Shown here piece after piece: positions 25,052-34,894 of a DNA stretch of 48,882 bases. The notes under the pieces were generated by a model. The model was not told the DNA's origin. It saw nothing but the letters and a program-made list of their open reading frames with translations, and made no database searches. Position numbers and translations under genes: made by a program. Numbering within the stretch: position 1 is the first letter of the stretch; each line of letters opens with the position of its first letter. The stretch is from a virus (lineage: Duplodnaviria > Caudoviricetes), in IMG/VR virus record IMGVR_UViG_3300011335_000824, positions 1 to 48,882 of that record; one strand, written 5' to 3'.

Positions 25052-26392
25052 TTATTTTAAATTTTGAAAAAATTTATCAACTACTATTTCAATGTAATTT
25101 AATTGTTCTTCTGTTAATCCAGGATAAACTCCCATAAAGAATGTATCTTTACTTGATTTAGTAGCTATTGGAAATTGTTCTCTAGGATTTTCATAATTAG
25201 CTGCTAATTCTTCATATGCTGGGTGAAATAAAGCATTACCAGTAAAGTAAGATCGTGTTTGTATTTTAGCATTTTCTAAATGTTCTACTAAATCATTTTT
25301 GTTAAATCCACAATTGTCTTTTAAAGTAATTAAATATCCAAACCAAGATGGATCTGCTTTGTCTAATGTTTCAGGTAAATAAACTAAATCTTCATATTTT
25401 TTAAAAATGCTGTACATTCTTTTAAAATTTGATCTTCTTCGAGTATGCATTTCATCTAATTTATCTAACTGAGCTAAACCCATTGCTGCTTGCATTTCAG
25501 TTGGTTTTAAATTATAGCCTATTTCATCAAATACAAATCTATGATCATAAACTATATCATCTTGTCCTTTAAACCAATTGCTTAATCTATTGCCACAAGC
25601 TGTTCCTCCAATAATGTTACCTGGTTTGACACTGTTACAGTAACATGCTCGTCCCCAATCTCTTAAAGATGCTAAAGCCATTCTATGCCTTGGATGATTA
25701 ACTGCTACAAATCCTCCTTCAGCCATTGTCATATGGTGAGCAGGAAAAAATGAACATGTTGAAATGTCACCAAATGATCCTAAAGGTTTTTCATCCCATA
25801 TTGAACCTAATGCATCACAACTATCTTCTAAAAATATTAATTTATATTTTTTAACAATTTGCATTACTCTATCCATGTCAGGTGGATTACCTAATACATG
25901 AGCAAAAATAAGTCCTTTAATTTCTCCATTTACATCTTCTTCAAGTAATTTTTCAACTGCATCTAAATCAATGTTTAAACTAGGTAAAGTAACATCTACA
26001 AATACTGGCTCAAAACCACACTGTATCAATGGATTAATTGTAGTTGGAAAACATACTACTGGAGTAATGAATTTAGATCCTTTAGGTAATTTTCCCCAAC
26101 GTTTTGTTTTTAATAATGAAACCATTAATAAATTAGCTGAACTACCTGAGTTGACTAATATACCATCTCTTTTTCCTAATAGTGGGGCAAATTTTTGTTC
26201 AAATTGTCTTCCTTTTTCTCCTAAAATAAACCAACCTCCTAATAATGACTCAACAGCTGCTGTGTATTCTTTAGAGTCAAAATATGGTCCTGAGTATTGT
26301 ATCCAATCTTCTCCTGGTTTCCAGGTTTTATTTTGATTTTTTTCTTCTATATATGAAGTAATTAAATTTAGTATTTCTTCTTTTTTATTCAT
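25052..26392 (-). CDS. rfbH: NDP-4-keto-6-deoxyglucose 3-dehydratase (RfbH/DdhC, E1)
   Basis: NSGSSANL, FPTTINP, HVLGNP, EDSCDALG, SFFPAHHMTMAEGG (His in place of the PLP Lys), RDWGRACYC...C Fe-S ligands. Confidence 0.92.
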   Translation of the reverse strand: MNKKEEILNLITSYIEEKNQNKTWKPGEDWIQYSGPYFDSKEYTAAVESLLGGWFILGEKGRQFEQKFAPLLGKRDGILVNSGSSANLLMVSLLKTKRWGKLPKGSKFITPVVCFPTTINPLIQCGFEPVFVDVTLPSLNIDLDAVEKLLEEDVNGEIKGLIFAHVLGNPPDMDRVMQIVKKYKLIFLEDSCDALGSIWDEKPLGSFGDISTCSFFPAHHMTMAEGGFVAVNHPRHRMALASLRDWGRACYCNSVKPGNIIGGTACGNRLSNWFKGQDDIVYDHRFVFDEIGYNLKPTEMQAAMGLAQLDKLDEMHTRRRSNFKRMYSIFKKYEDLVYLPETLDKADPSWFGYLITLKDNCGFNKNDLVEHLENAKIQTRSYFTGNALFHPAYEELAANYENPREQFPIATKSSKDTFFMGVYPGLTEEQLNYIEIVVDKFFQNLK

Positions 26393-27201
26393 ATTAAATT
26401 ATTTAATTTAAATATTTCTGTTAATTTATTAGTGACATTTTGTTCATAATTAACATATTGAAGAGCCTTTTGATAGTTGTCTTCAATTGCATTAACATGT
26501 TGATGATAATATTCTCCATTTAATTTGTTTGAAATATAAATAAAATCATCTACATTTCCAAATTCTATTATTCCCTCTTTATTGAAGAAATCACCTATAT
26601 TTGAACATCCCCAATAGATAGGAATTGTTTTTAATAAAAAGCAGTCTAATATTTTTTCACTAAACCATCCTCTATGAGAAAAATTTTCAATGGCAATCCC
26701 ATATTGAACATCTCCAAATACTTTTTCTTTACCTATTCTAGCATCTTCAATATTATGTCTATTTCCTATTGTTTTGTAAAATTTTGTAGGTATTTTTATT
26801 TCTTTTTCTCTAGCTAAAATTTCATGACGTATTTGATGTCCATAAGATTTTAGCAACTCACCACATAAATGAGCTACTTTAAATTCTTTTTTATGTTCTT
26901 TTTCATATTGATCAGATTTAAACCAAGTATGGCCAAAAGGTAAAAATACAGCATTTTCACAGTTGTTTAATATTTTATCATCCCAAGTTAATATAGCTGC
27001 AAATGTATCTTTATTTTGAATAGCCCAATCATGTAAACCAAAATATTCATTTGGTTCATGTAAGGTTATTATGTTTATAGAAGATAGTTCTTCTTGTGTT
27101 GACGGAATACATTCAATAAATAAAGAAAAATCAATGTCTTTTAAATGATTTAGCTTTTCTTTAAATGTTTCAGAATTGAAAAAATTACTTTTTATTTTCA
27201 T
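26389..27201 (-). CDS. Glycosyltransferase family 10-like (fucosyltransferase-type)
   Basis: IAIEN...FSEKILDCF...TIPIYWG. Confidence 0.8.
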   Translation of the reverse strand: MKIKSNFFNSETFKEKLNHLKDIDFSLFIECIPSTQEELSSINIITLHEPNEYFGLHDWAIQNKDTFAAILTWDDKILNNCENAVFLPFGHTWFKSDQYEKEHKKEFKVAHLCGELLKSYGHQIRHEILAREKEIKIPTKFYKTIGNRHNIEDARIGKEKVFGDVQYGIAIENFSHRGWFSEKILDCFLLKTIPIYWGCSNIGDFFNKEGIIEFGNVDDFIYISNKLNGEYYHQHVNAIEDNYQKALQYVNYEQNVTNKLTEIFKLNNLI

Positions 27202-28081
27202 ATACTTTTTTTATTCCATCTGCAAATTTAGTAAAAGTAAAGTTAGGTAATATTTTATTCATTTTGGTAATTGACACATCTTTTCTATATTGACCATCTA
27301 ATTCAGGTGAACTATAAATTATGTTCCAATGACTCTTATTTAACGTTTTTAAAGCTATGTCAGCTAATTCATTAATACTATATGTTTCAGGATTAGACAC
27401 ATTAAATGATTTATTTACATTGTTATTTACCATTATTTTTATTATGTCTGCAACGTCACCAGCATAAGTAAATTGTCTTAAAGGTTTTCCAGTTCCTAAT
27501 AAGTTAATAGTTGTTCCTCCAATTAAGTCTTGTTCTATAATTTTATCAATTAAAGCAGTCACATAATGGGCTTTTATTTGTTTGTTAGTGTCTAATTCAC
27601 TGTAAAGATTAGATGGAGTAATGTAGCAGTATTGTGTATTGTATTGTTTATTGTATGCTTCTATTAAGCTAATCATACATCTTTTACTGTAGGCATAACC
27701 AAAGTTAGTTGGTGAAGGAGGTCCTTGAAATGTATCCTCTTCAGTCATAGGATAGTTGTCAACTTTATCTGGATAGGAACATGTGCTTGAAAGTGCTATT
27801 AGTTTATTAACATTTGTTTTGTAAGATGCCTTAATAACATTGGTGTTAATTAGTAAATTTTGTTCTAAATAATCTACTGGTCTGTTAATGTTGTCTTGTA
27901 TGCCTCCAACAAGTCCAGCTAAATGAATGACAATGTTTGGTGATATGTCTTTGAATATTTTTAATGTTTGGTTGTAATCAGTTAAGTCACAGTCTTTACT
28001 GCTATGATAAATAGCTTGAGGTAACATTTGTTTTAAGTGTTTACCAACAGTACTAGTACCTCCTGTGACTAATATTTTCAT
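27185..28081 (-). CDS. GDP-L-fucose synthase-like epimerase/reductase
   Basis: HLAGLVGGI..N, SSTCSYP, TNFGYAYSK, GTGKPLRQF. Confidence 0.85.
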   Translation of the reverse strand: MKILVTGGTSTVGKHLKQMLPQAIYHSSKDCDLTDYNQTLKIFKDISPNIVIHLAGLVGGIQDNINRPVDYLEQNLLINTNVIKASYKTNVNKLIALSSTCSYPDKVDNYPMTEEDTFQGPPSPTNFGYAYSKRCMISLIEAYNKQYNTQYCYITPSNLYSELDTNKQIKAHYVTALIDKIIEQDLIGGTTINLLGTGKPLRQFTYAGDVADIIKIMVNNNVNKSFNVSNPETYSINELADIALKTLNKSHWNIIYSSPELDGQYRKDVSITKMNKILPNFTFTKFADGIKKVYENKK

Positions 28082-28707
28082 AATGTACTATAATAATTGT
28101 TTTGTTTTTCTTGCTTTGCTATTATTTTGTGATGCAATAAACAGTATTCTAATGCTGGTGGCAAATTAGCATATGTATTAAATCCTGATAGGCACTCATG
28201 TACTTTATTTATCCAAACAATTTTAGAATCATTTTTGTAAATTCTCCATTGATAATCAGGAAAATTTATCCAATTATTTTCATTCACATTCCACTTCCAT
28301 TTGTTGATATGTTCATCTGTTAATCCATCTACTGTGTTGATTCTAGCAACTAAGTAAACTTCATTGTTTAAATTGTATTTTAAAATGTCAGGTAAGTTTT
28401 GAATTAATGTTTCACTAACCATTTCATCAGCATCTATTTGAAAAATATAGTCTCCTGAACAGTAACTATTAAGTTTGTTTTTCCAATTGGCAAAGTGTCC
28501 TTCAAATTCTCCTGGCCACACAACCATGTGATCCATGTTGTGCATTTCATAATGACGCAGAGTTGATGTTAACTGTTCATTAGCTTTTACTGTGTCCATT
28601 AACACTACAATTTCATCTTGCTTTTGCTTGTTTTTAAGAAGAAGATCAAGTAATCTTATTATTTCTTCTAACTCATTACAAACAGTAATTGCATAACTAA
28701 TTTTCAT
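28078..28707 (-). CDS. Glycosyltransferase family 2
   Basis: ISYAITVCNE, FQIDADE, PDYQWR, KVHE. Confidence 0.88.
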   Translation of the reverse strand: MKISYAITVCNELEEIIRLLDLLLKNKQKQDEIVVLMDTVKANEQLTSTLRHYEMHNMDHMVVWPGEFEGHFANWKNKLNSYCSGDYIFQIDADEMVSETLIQNLPDILKYNLNNEVYLVARINTVDGLTDEHINKWKWNVNENNWINFPDYQWRIYKNDSKIVWINKVHECLSGFNTYANLPPALEYCLLHHKIIAKQEKQNNYYSTL

Positions 28708-28711
28708 ACTT

Positions 28712-28743
28712 TAAATATATAAAGTTTATTTTGCTTTTACAAA
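28712..28743 (-). promoter_or_regulatory. Bacteroidota-type -33/-7 promoter
   Basis: TTTG-N20-TATATTTA. Confidence 0.65.
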
Positions 28744-28744
28744 T

Positions 28745-29203
28745 TTACTCTGGAATTACTCCTATGTAAGATAAAGCCTCCATAAAATCTTTCATTTCAA
28801 AAGACTTCATTGTAGTCATGTCCATTCTCCATTTGTAAAATTCGCCTGGTTTGCTTTTAATTGGATATTTTGCTTTTTCCTCCTCTAAAACTTCAACAGC
28901 TTTTACTCCTGCCCATTTAGCATTTTCTTTAGATGTGCCATTGTAAAATACCATACCTTGTTGTGGCACGTTTATAGTAGTAGGCATCCATATTAAGTTG
29001 TCTTCATCTTTAAATGTTGAATCTTTATACAGTTCAGGTAACACTTCTAGTTGTTGAGTGTAAAATTCTTCTCCTTCTTTCATTAAAGAGTTTGTTGTGA
29101 ATCCACATCCAAAGCAAGAATATGTTTTTATTGACGTAGAGTTTTCTACAACATAGCATGCATCTGAAGAGCAGTGTTTACATATAATTAAGTTGTCTTT
29201 CAT
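28745..29203 (-). CDS. Hypothetical zinc-ribbon protein
   Basis: CKHC...CFGCG. Confidence 0.75.
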   Translation of the reverse strand: MKDNLIICKHCSSDACYVVENSTSIKTYSCFGCGFTTNSLMKEGEEFYTQQLEVLPELYKDSTFKDEDNLIWMPTTINVPQQGMVFYNGTSKENAKWAGVKAVEVLEEEKAKYPIKSKPGEFYKWRMDMTTMKSFEMKDFMEALSYIGVIPE

Positions 29204-30501
29204 ATTTTAGTTAGTTTTGGTAATTCGATTTTTTTCAATTGTGGTAATTTTAATTGTATTTGTTTTGGAAATTCAGGAATTAGTTTTAAGTACTCAGACA
29301 TTTTTTCAGTCATTTTTTCAAATGAGAAATTTTGTTTACAGTAAAATCCTTGCCTTTTTCCTCCATCAACATAGTTTTTATAATTTTCAAACATGTCTTT
29401 TAAGTAAAATCCTACTTGACCTGTGTCAGGTGAAAACCATGAACCTTCTTTCAACAACATGTTGTTTGCAGCACTTGGATGAACAGGTGTTAAAGTGCCA
29501 TTGATTAAAGTTGTAAATTCTGGCTTTAAGAAGTCTAAATGGCCACTAAAGTTTGTTGTTATAATTGGCTTTTTACTTTGAGTAAACTCAAGTAGTGGTC
29601 TTCCAAATCCTTCACCTTTAGTTAACGATACCATTGCCTTTACTTTTACATGGTTATACAATTCATTTATTTCTTCATCTGTAAATTCTCCATGTAACAA
29701 GTAAATGTTAGGCATGTCTACAGTGGCACATGTTGATTTAATTTGTTCAATTCTTTTTAAAATTTCATCACGTTCCATGTATGATGAACCTACTAAAGAT
29801 GTTTTTAAAATAAGAGCAGGTTTTACTTTTTTATTTTTAAATGTTTCTATAAATGCTTTAATTAGCAGTCCTACATTTTTTCTGTCTTCTCCTAAGTCAC
29901 CTGGAAGCCAATGTCCTAAAAACAAGTAGCAAAAATCTTCAGAAATTGAATCTAGGTTGCCTATTTTTTTGTTAGACACTTCTAAGTATTTGTAAATGTT
30001 TGTGTCAACACCTTCAAATATTACTTCAATAGGTGTTTTCATTTCAACAATACTTTCTACTTGTTTTGTTGTGTCATTTACTTTTTGAAATTTAGACGCT
30101 AAAAATGCTTTTTTAGAATGTTCTGATGACACTAATGTTAAGTCCATTCTGTTCATTCCTTCAATCCATTCAGCAGGTACCATGTTTATTTCTAAACCTG
30201 CAGTTATGCCAATGTTGTATTTTCCTACTTTTTGAAATTCATTTGGCACAGTAATCCAAATCATAACATCTGGCTGAGTGGTAAGTTGTTGTGGATAAAG
30301 ATATTTATTTAAAAAATGCCATTCAGGATTGTCTTCAATAAATCCATTTGGAGTGTTTCCCCAATTGCAAGGTATAATTTTAAAATCCCATTCATCTTTT
30401 TTCAATTCAATGATTGATTTTACAGTGTCTCGAGAGCGAGAGCCATATCCTGATAATGTATCTACTGGTGCGTAGATTACGCATGTATTTTTACTATTCA
30501 T
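29200..30501 (-). CDS. Glycosyltransferase family 4 (GT-B)
   Basis: SGYG, RKN, GEGFGRPLLE. Confidence 0.9.
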   Translation of the reverse strand: MNSKNTCVIYAPVDTLSGYGSRSRDTVKSIIELKKDEWDFKIIPCNWGNTPNGFIEDNPEWHFLNKYLYPQQLTTQPDVMIWITVPNEFQKVGKYNIGITAGLEINMVPAEWIEGMNRMDLTLVSSEHSKKAFLASKFQKVNDTTKQVESIVEMKTPIEVIFEGVDTNIYKYLEVSNKKIGNLDSISEDFCYLFLGHWLPGDLGEDRKNVGLLIKAFIETFKNKKVKPALILKTSLVGSSYMERDEILKRIEQIKSTCATVDMPNIYLLHGEFTDEEINELYNHVKVKAMVSLTKGEGFGRPLLEFTQSKKPIITTNFSGHLDFLKPEFTTLINGTLTPVHPSAANNMLLKEGSWFSPDTGQVGFYLKDMFENYKNYVDGGKRQGFYCKQNFSFEKMTEKMSEYLKLIPEFPKQIQLKLPQLKKIELPKLTKI

Positions 30502-30506
30502 AAATT

Positions 30507-31187
30507 TTATTTAATGTTTATATTTTTAATTTTTTCTATTGCTTGTGAAGGTATGTTATTTAATGTATAATATCCTTGTTTATAATTAGGATCAGTATAT
30601 AGTTTTAAATAATCCCCAGGAACCATATCTGTTTTTATTTTTAATATTGTCCAATCATTTATTCCTGTTTTTTGAAAAAACATTTCACCTAAATTTTCTA
30701 CATCTTTTAAATCTTTAGATAAATAAACTCTGTCAGGATGATATGATGCTTTTGATCTTGATTTAGGAACTAGTCCTATTTTTAAAATTTTATCAGCATT
30801 TTGAGTTGGAGTAATATGGTATAAAATATCCGGTATGTTTTCAACTATTTCTTCATCAAATTTGGCTTCAAATCTTAACTTAATTTCACCTTCTTTAAAA
30901 TATTTTTCATTCCATTTACCTGTGTATTCTTCTGTTTCTACATATGAAGGAAACCATCCTAAATTATTTGCATCTTTAATAATTCCATTGTTTAAAGCAT
31001 TTATGTCAGTACTAAAAGTCTTAATAGAAAATGAATTTTTAGATTTAGAAAATATAAATTTTGAAGAATATTTTTTTTCTAAAATGTTTAGAGTTTTTCC
31101 TATATTTGTAGTTTTAATTAAACCTTCTGTTAAATTTAAATTATATTCTTCTTTGTATATTTCTAATAATAATTTTAATAATTTCAT
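30507..31187 (-). CDS. Putative ADP-ribosyltransferase-fold protein (Tpt1/KptA-like C-terminal domain)
   Basis: LYHIT...ILKIGLVP...RVYLS...ILKI...NIP..AI. Confidence 0.55.
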   Translation of the reverse strand: MKLLKLLLEIYKEEYNLNLTEGLIKTTNIGKTLNILEKKYSSKFIFSKSKNSFSIKTFSTDINALNNGIIKDANNLGWFPSYVETEEYTGKWNEKYFKEGEIKLRFEAKFDEEIVENIPDILYHITPTQNADKILKIGLVPKSRSKASYHPDRVYLSKDLKDVENLGEMFFQKTGINDWTILKIKTDMVPGDYLKLYTDPNYKQGYYTLNNIPSQAIEKIKNINIK

Positions 31188-32632
31188 TAATATATAATTT
31201 TATGATTTAATACTCTTTTTTCTACATTTTTGGTGTTGATAAGTTCAAATTTTGCTCTTGGCTTCCAAGTTGAAAACAAAATGTCTAAATATTTAATGAT
31301 TCTTTGACCCATTTTTTCTCCTGTTAATCCTGCTTCATCACTTAAAGCCCATTGTCTACCTTTCAATCCTCTTGCTTTACGTTCTTCTTTACTTAAGTCA
31401 TAAACTGCTTTAATTTGTAATGCTGCATTTTCAGCTGTGCACCTGTCGTCCCAAATGTATGGAGTAATAGGAGAACCTTGAATTGATCTGCTAGTTGGAA
31501 ATACTGGGAAGGCCCATTCTCCATGTTCTTTAACTGTGCCATTGTGGTTGGAAGGAAAATCAGCGTCCAATTCCATCCATTTTTTATCTTTTACAAAACG
31601 CATTTGATCTTGCATTCCTCCTGTTACATTTGCTACAATTACATTTCCACATAAAATGGCTTCTGTTAATGCCAATCCCCAACCTTCATTGCTTGTTAGC
31701 AATATTTGAGCGTCTGTTAAGTTGTATAAATAGCTCATTTGTTGAGGATTTAACATTCCTGGTGAAAACAAAATGTTGTATTTTTCATCATCACTAAACA
31801 AGTATTCTTTTACTGCTGCTAAATCTGTTCCATTGTCATCACATATTTGAGTGTGTAACATTATAGCACAACGTTTTGCTTTTTCTTTAGGCAATTCATC
31901 AATGAACAATTTATATGCTAGTAAAGTGTCTGGAATTTGTTTTCTGCGAATGTTTCTTGAGTTGAAAAATAAAACAAAGTCATATTCTTTTCCTTTAAAC
32001 ATTTCATTTTTAAATTTAACATATTCAGGATTTTTCTTTTCCTCATTGGAAAAAGGTCTGAATAAATCATGATTTAATCCATGAGGCACATATTCAATTA
32101 TTTTATCTTTTACTTTATCTCCTAACACTAACTTGTTGATGTTTACAGTTTGTTTAGAAATGCCTAACAATGCATCACATGCTTCATAGTATGGTCTGTT
32201 GTACATTGGAGCTGGATAGTTGTCCCAAATGTTTAAGTAAACAATGGGAATTTTTCTTCTAATTTCATTTTCAATTTGAAACAGCCAAATGAAATATCTT
32301 GGATCAGTGATTAAAAATACAGCGTCAGGTTTTTCAATTTTAATAAGTTGTCTAATTAAATTAGCGTCACCATATCCATCTACTGGATAAATGGCAATTG
32401 AACTGTCTGTCAATCCTGTGTTAAGATTAGTGTCTTGAGAAATGTCTAATTTTTTACCCTTGTCTGGATGGTTTAGTGCTCCTGCAACTTGTATCCAGTT
32501 GAAGTGTTGGGCTGTGTTAAGAACCATTTCTCGAGCAACAGTTGCTACTCCTGAGTGTACTCGAATGTCGTCACAAATGAGCATGATTTTTTTCCTCTCA
32601 TTTTGAGGCAAATAGGCAAAACTTGAATTCAT
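31187..32632 (-). CDS. Glycosyltransferase family 4 (GT-B)
   Basis: HSGV, VPHG, RNIRRK, NEGWGLALTEA. Confidence 0.9.
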   Translation of the reverse strand: MNSSFAYLPQNERKKIMLICDDIRVHSGVATVAREMVLNTAQHFNWIQVAGALNHPDKGKKLDISQDTNLNTGLTDSSIAIYPVDGYGDANLIRQLIKIEKPDAVFLITDPRYFIWLFQIENEIRRKIPIVYLNIWDNYPAPMYNRPYYEACDALLGISKQTVNINKLVLGDKVKDKIIEYVPHGLNHDLFRPFSNEEKKNPEYVKFKNEMFKGKEYDFVLFFNSRNIRRKQIPDTLLAYKLFIDELPKEKAKRCAIMLHTQICDDNGTDLAAVKEYLFSDDEKYNILFSPGMLNPQQMSYLYNLTDAQILLTSNEGWGLALTEAILCGNVIVANVTGGMQDQMRFVKDKKWMELDADFPSNHNGTVKEHGEWAFPVFPTSRSIQGSPITPYIWDDRCTAENAALQIKAVYDLSKEERKARGLKGRQWALSDEAGLTGEKMGQRIIKYLDILFSTWKPRAKFELINTKNVEKRVLNHKIIY

Positions 32633-32648
32633 ATAACTTGTTTAGTGT

Positions 32649-32816
32649 TTATTTATTGTGATTGGTAACTTGTTTTCTAAATTCTTCTGAGTTAAGATAT
32701 AAATCCATTGCTCGATTTACAAGCTTATTTAAAGAAAATTTACGTTTAATGCATTCTATTTTAAAAGTGTCAAATATTTCTTTGTTAACTTTTACTGATG
32801 TGAGTATTTCATCCAT
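32649..32816 (-). CDS. Ribbon-helix-helix-like small regulator, 55 aa (not in ORF track)
   Basis: MDEILTSVKVNKEIFDTFKIECIKRKFSLNKLVNRAMDLYLNSEEFRKQVTNHNK*; strand-helix-helix pattern. Confidence 0.7.
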   Translation of the reverse strand: MDEILTSVKVNKEIFDTFKIECIKRKFSLNKLVNRAMDLYLNSEEFRKQVTNHNK

Positions 32817-32886
32817 AGTAGTATATATTGGTTATATATAAATATATGTATTCTACTTTAAAATCGCCTCATTGTATAAATCTTTA

Positions 32887-33690
32887 CTAAGGTTTGGTAT
32901 TCCATATTATTTTTCTTCCTTTTAAGGCTTTTCCTATGTTTTCTTTATGTTGTTTAGACATATGTTTTTTAACTCCTTTATCTTTTTTTGTCAAAAACAT
33001 TTCTAAATCAAACCTAGGAGGAAGTGGATCTGTTTTTTTTCTCCATATGTATCCTCCTGATGTTTTGGCCTTTTTGTTTATACATGAATTTACATCTAAA
33101 TTTAGTATTTTTTTAACTTCAATTCTCCCTTCCCATTCTTTAATAAAATTCCCCTGTAAATCATATTGGAGGATAGGTTTTCGTAAACTTTTACTAGTTT
33201 TTAGTATATGTTCTTTTGATTTAGGAATACCTTTACCTCTACTTACACCCATATTGCTTTTACTTTTTAATTTTTTAGTTTCCTCAGATTCAATTCTTCC
33301 CATAAGTGACATTGATTTTTTTAAACATGATTCTGTAGAATGTTTTCTTCCTTTATTTGCCTTACTTATTTTATCTTTAGTTTCTTGACTTTTATATCCT
33401 CCTTTTCCATCAATTAAATGACAAAATAATGCTTTATTCCAACCAAATTCATTTATAAATTGTTGTTTATAAAATATTTCTTTTTCATCTAATTGTTCAA
33501 CTAAACATTCTTCTATAACTTCAGACATATGTTTTTCCCAACTGTATTTTTTAAGTGAATTATAAAGTTTAGGTTGATCTTTACATTTTACTTTTGAATA
33601 ATATTTCCATCTATTATCTATCTCAGTTGATTGTCCTATATAAACTTTACCACTAGGGCTCGTTATTTTATAAATTCCTAGATTTTTCAT
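32887..33690 (-). CDS. GIY-YIG homing endonuclease with NUMOD3 and NUMOD1-like domains
   Basis: GIYKITSPSGKVYIGQS...RW; SQETKDKIS; KPILQYDLQGNFIKEW. Confidence 0.92.
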   Translation of the reverse strand: MKNLGIYKITSPSGKVYIGQSTEIDNRWKYYSKVKCKDQPKLYNSLKKYSWEKHMSEVIEECLVEQLDEKEIFYKQQFINEFGWNKALFCHLIDGKGGYKSQETKDKISKANKGRKHSTESCLKKSMSLMGRIESEETKKLKSKSNMGVSRGKGIPKSKEHILKTSKSLRKPILQYDLQGNFIKEWEGRIEVKKILNLDVNSCINKKAKTSGGYIWRKKTDPLPPRFDLEMFLTKKDKGVKKHMSKQHKENIGKALKGRKIIWNTKP

Positions 33691-33738
33691 ATTTATGTTT
33701 TATTATAAATATTACAAAAATATAAAAAATCTATGTAA

Positions 33739-34686
33739 TTATATTCCTTCTGAACATAATGATTTTAGTTGGCGGTAAGGACAATATGCACAAGCCCATT
33801 TTGACGGTGTTGCTTGGTGACTTACAGTCTTATATGAACCATCAAGATTAAATGTTTCTTCTATAAAAGTGCCCAATGCTGTTTTGGCTTTTTTAACTTT
33901 TGTTTTGCCATTTGCAGGGTTGAACTGTTGAATGCGTTTTTGAGGAAATTCACTTTCTTCCCATATTTTTCTTTTTACTATAAAAAATTCAACATCTATG
34001 TTTTCTTCATCTACTCCAAACTGTTCACTAAAAAATGACTTGTACAACAATATTTGAAATTGTTTAACTTCATCTTTCTTTTCTTTGTCTTTCCATCCAC
34101 GAGTGCTAGTTTTTATGTCGTATATAATGAATTGATTTGTAGGTTCATGGTATAAGACTAAGTCAATAAATCCATTGAATAAAACGTTGTTATGCGTTTT
34201 ATTTGGCGCAATAACAATGGGCATTTCAATTCCTACTAAATGCCAATCTTTCAAACTAAAATATTCACTTCTCTTTTTCTTGATGAAGTCTAAAATGGCT
34301 AAACCATCATCATAGAATTCTCTCATTTCTTTTGGACTGCTGAAGTGAACATTTTTATTGTCCTTATAGCCCTTTGCATAGTTTTCTCTAAATCTTTCTT
34401 CAAAGTATTCTTCTATGTTTATAGCATCTGCCTTTACTCCACTTTCATTGTACATCACAGACAGGTAATTTTGCAGTGTTTCATGCACTGCAGTGCCAAA
34501 AGTCATGTTGATAGAAAAACTAGGTATTTTATGTCCTTCCTTATACTGTAAAGACCACTTTTTAGGGCAAGATAAAAACATTGACAGTTGTGAGTAAGAT
34601 ATGCTCTTTTGAAAAGCATAGTCTACAGCTGTTGGCTTGTATGCCTGTATTTTCTTTATGATGGAAGGAATTTTGTTTTTAGCCAT
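33739..34686 (-). CDS. PD-(D/E)XK nuclease (RecB/Cas4-like exonuclease)
   Basis: ISYS...CP, FGTAVH, E...GFIDL...DIKT, Q..LY, CAYCPY...C. Confidence 0.88.
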   Translation of the reverse strand: MAKNKIPSIIKKIQAYKPTAVDYAFQKSISYSQLSMFLSCPKKWSLQYKEGHKIPSFSINMTFGTAVHETLQNYLSVMYNESGVKADAINIEEYFEERFRENYAKGYKDNKNVHFSSPKEMREFYDDGLAILDFIKKKRSEYFSLKDWHLVGIEMPIVIAPNKTHNNVLFNGFIDLVLYHEPTNQFIIYDIKTSTRGWKDKEKKDEVKQFQILLYKSFFSEQFGVDEENIDVEFFIVKRKIWEESEFPQKRIQQFNPANGKTKVKKAKTALGTFIEETFNLDGSYKTVSHQATPSKWACAYCPYRQLKSLCSEGI

Positions 34687-34894
34687 TAGATTTTAACATT
34701 GTTTTTACTTTTTGAAGATATAAAATGGCGTCCATATGTTCTTGCAAGGCATGTTCAATAAAGTCTTCAATTGATAAGTCAACTCTGTCTAATGTTACAC
34801 CGTATTTTTTTTCTCCCATTTTAGCTCTGTCAACAAATTTTTCTACAATTGTTTGAACAATTGAATCGGGAGTGTATTCTGTGTATTTTATCAT
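34679..34894 (-). CDS. Small all-alpha protein, possibly NTP-pyrophosphatase-like
   Basis: GEKKYG...HALQEHMDAILY. Confidence 0.6.
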   Translation of the reverse strand: MIKYTEYTPDSIVQTIVEKFVDRAKMGEKKYGVTLDRVDLSIEDFIEHALQEHMDAILYLQKVKTMLKSNG

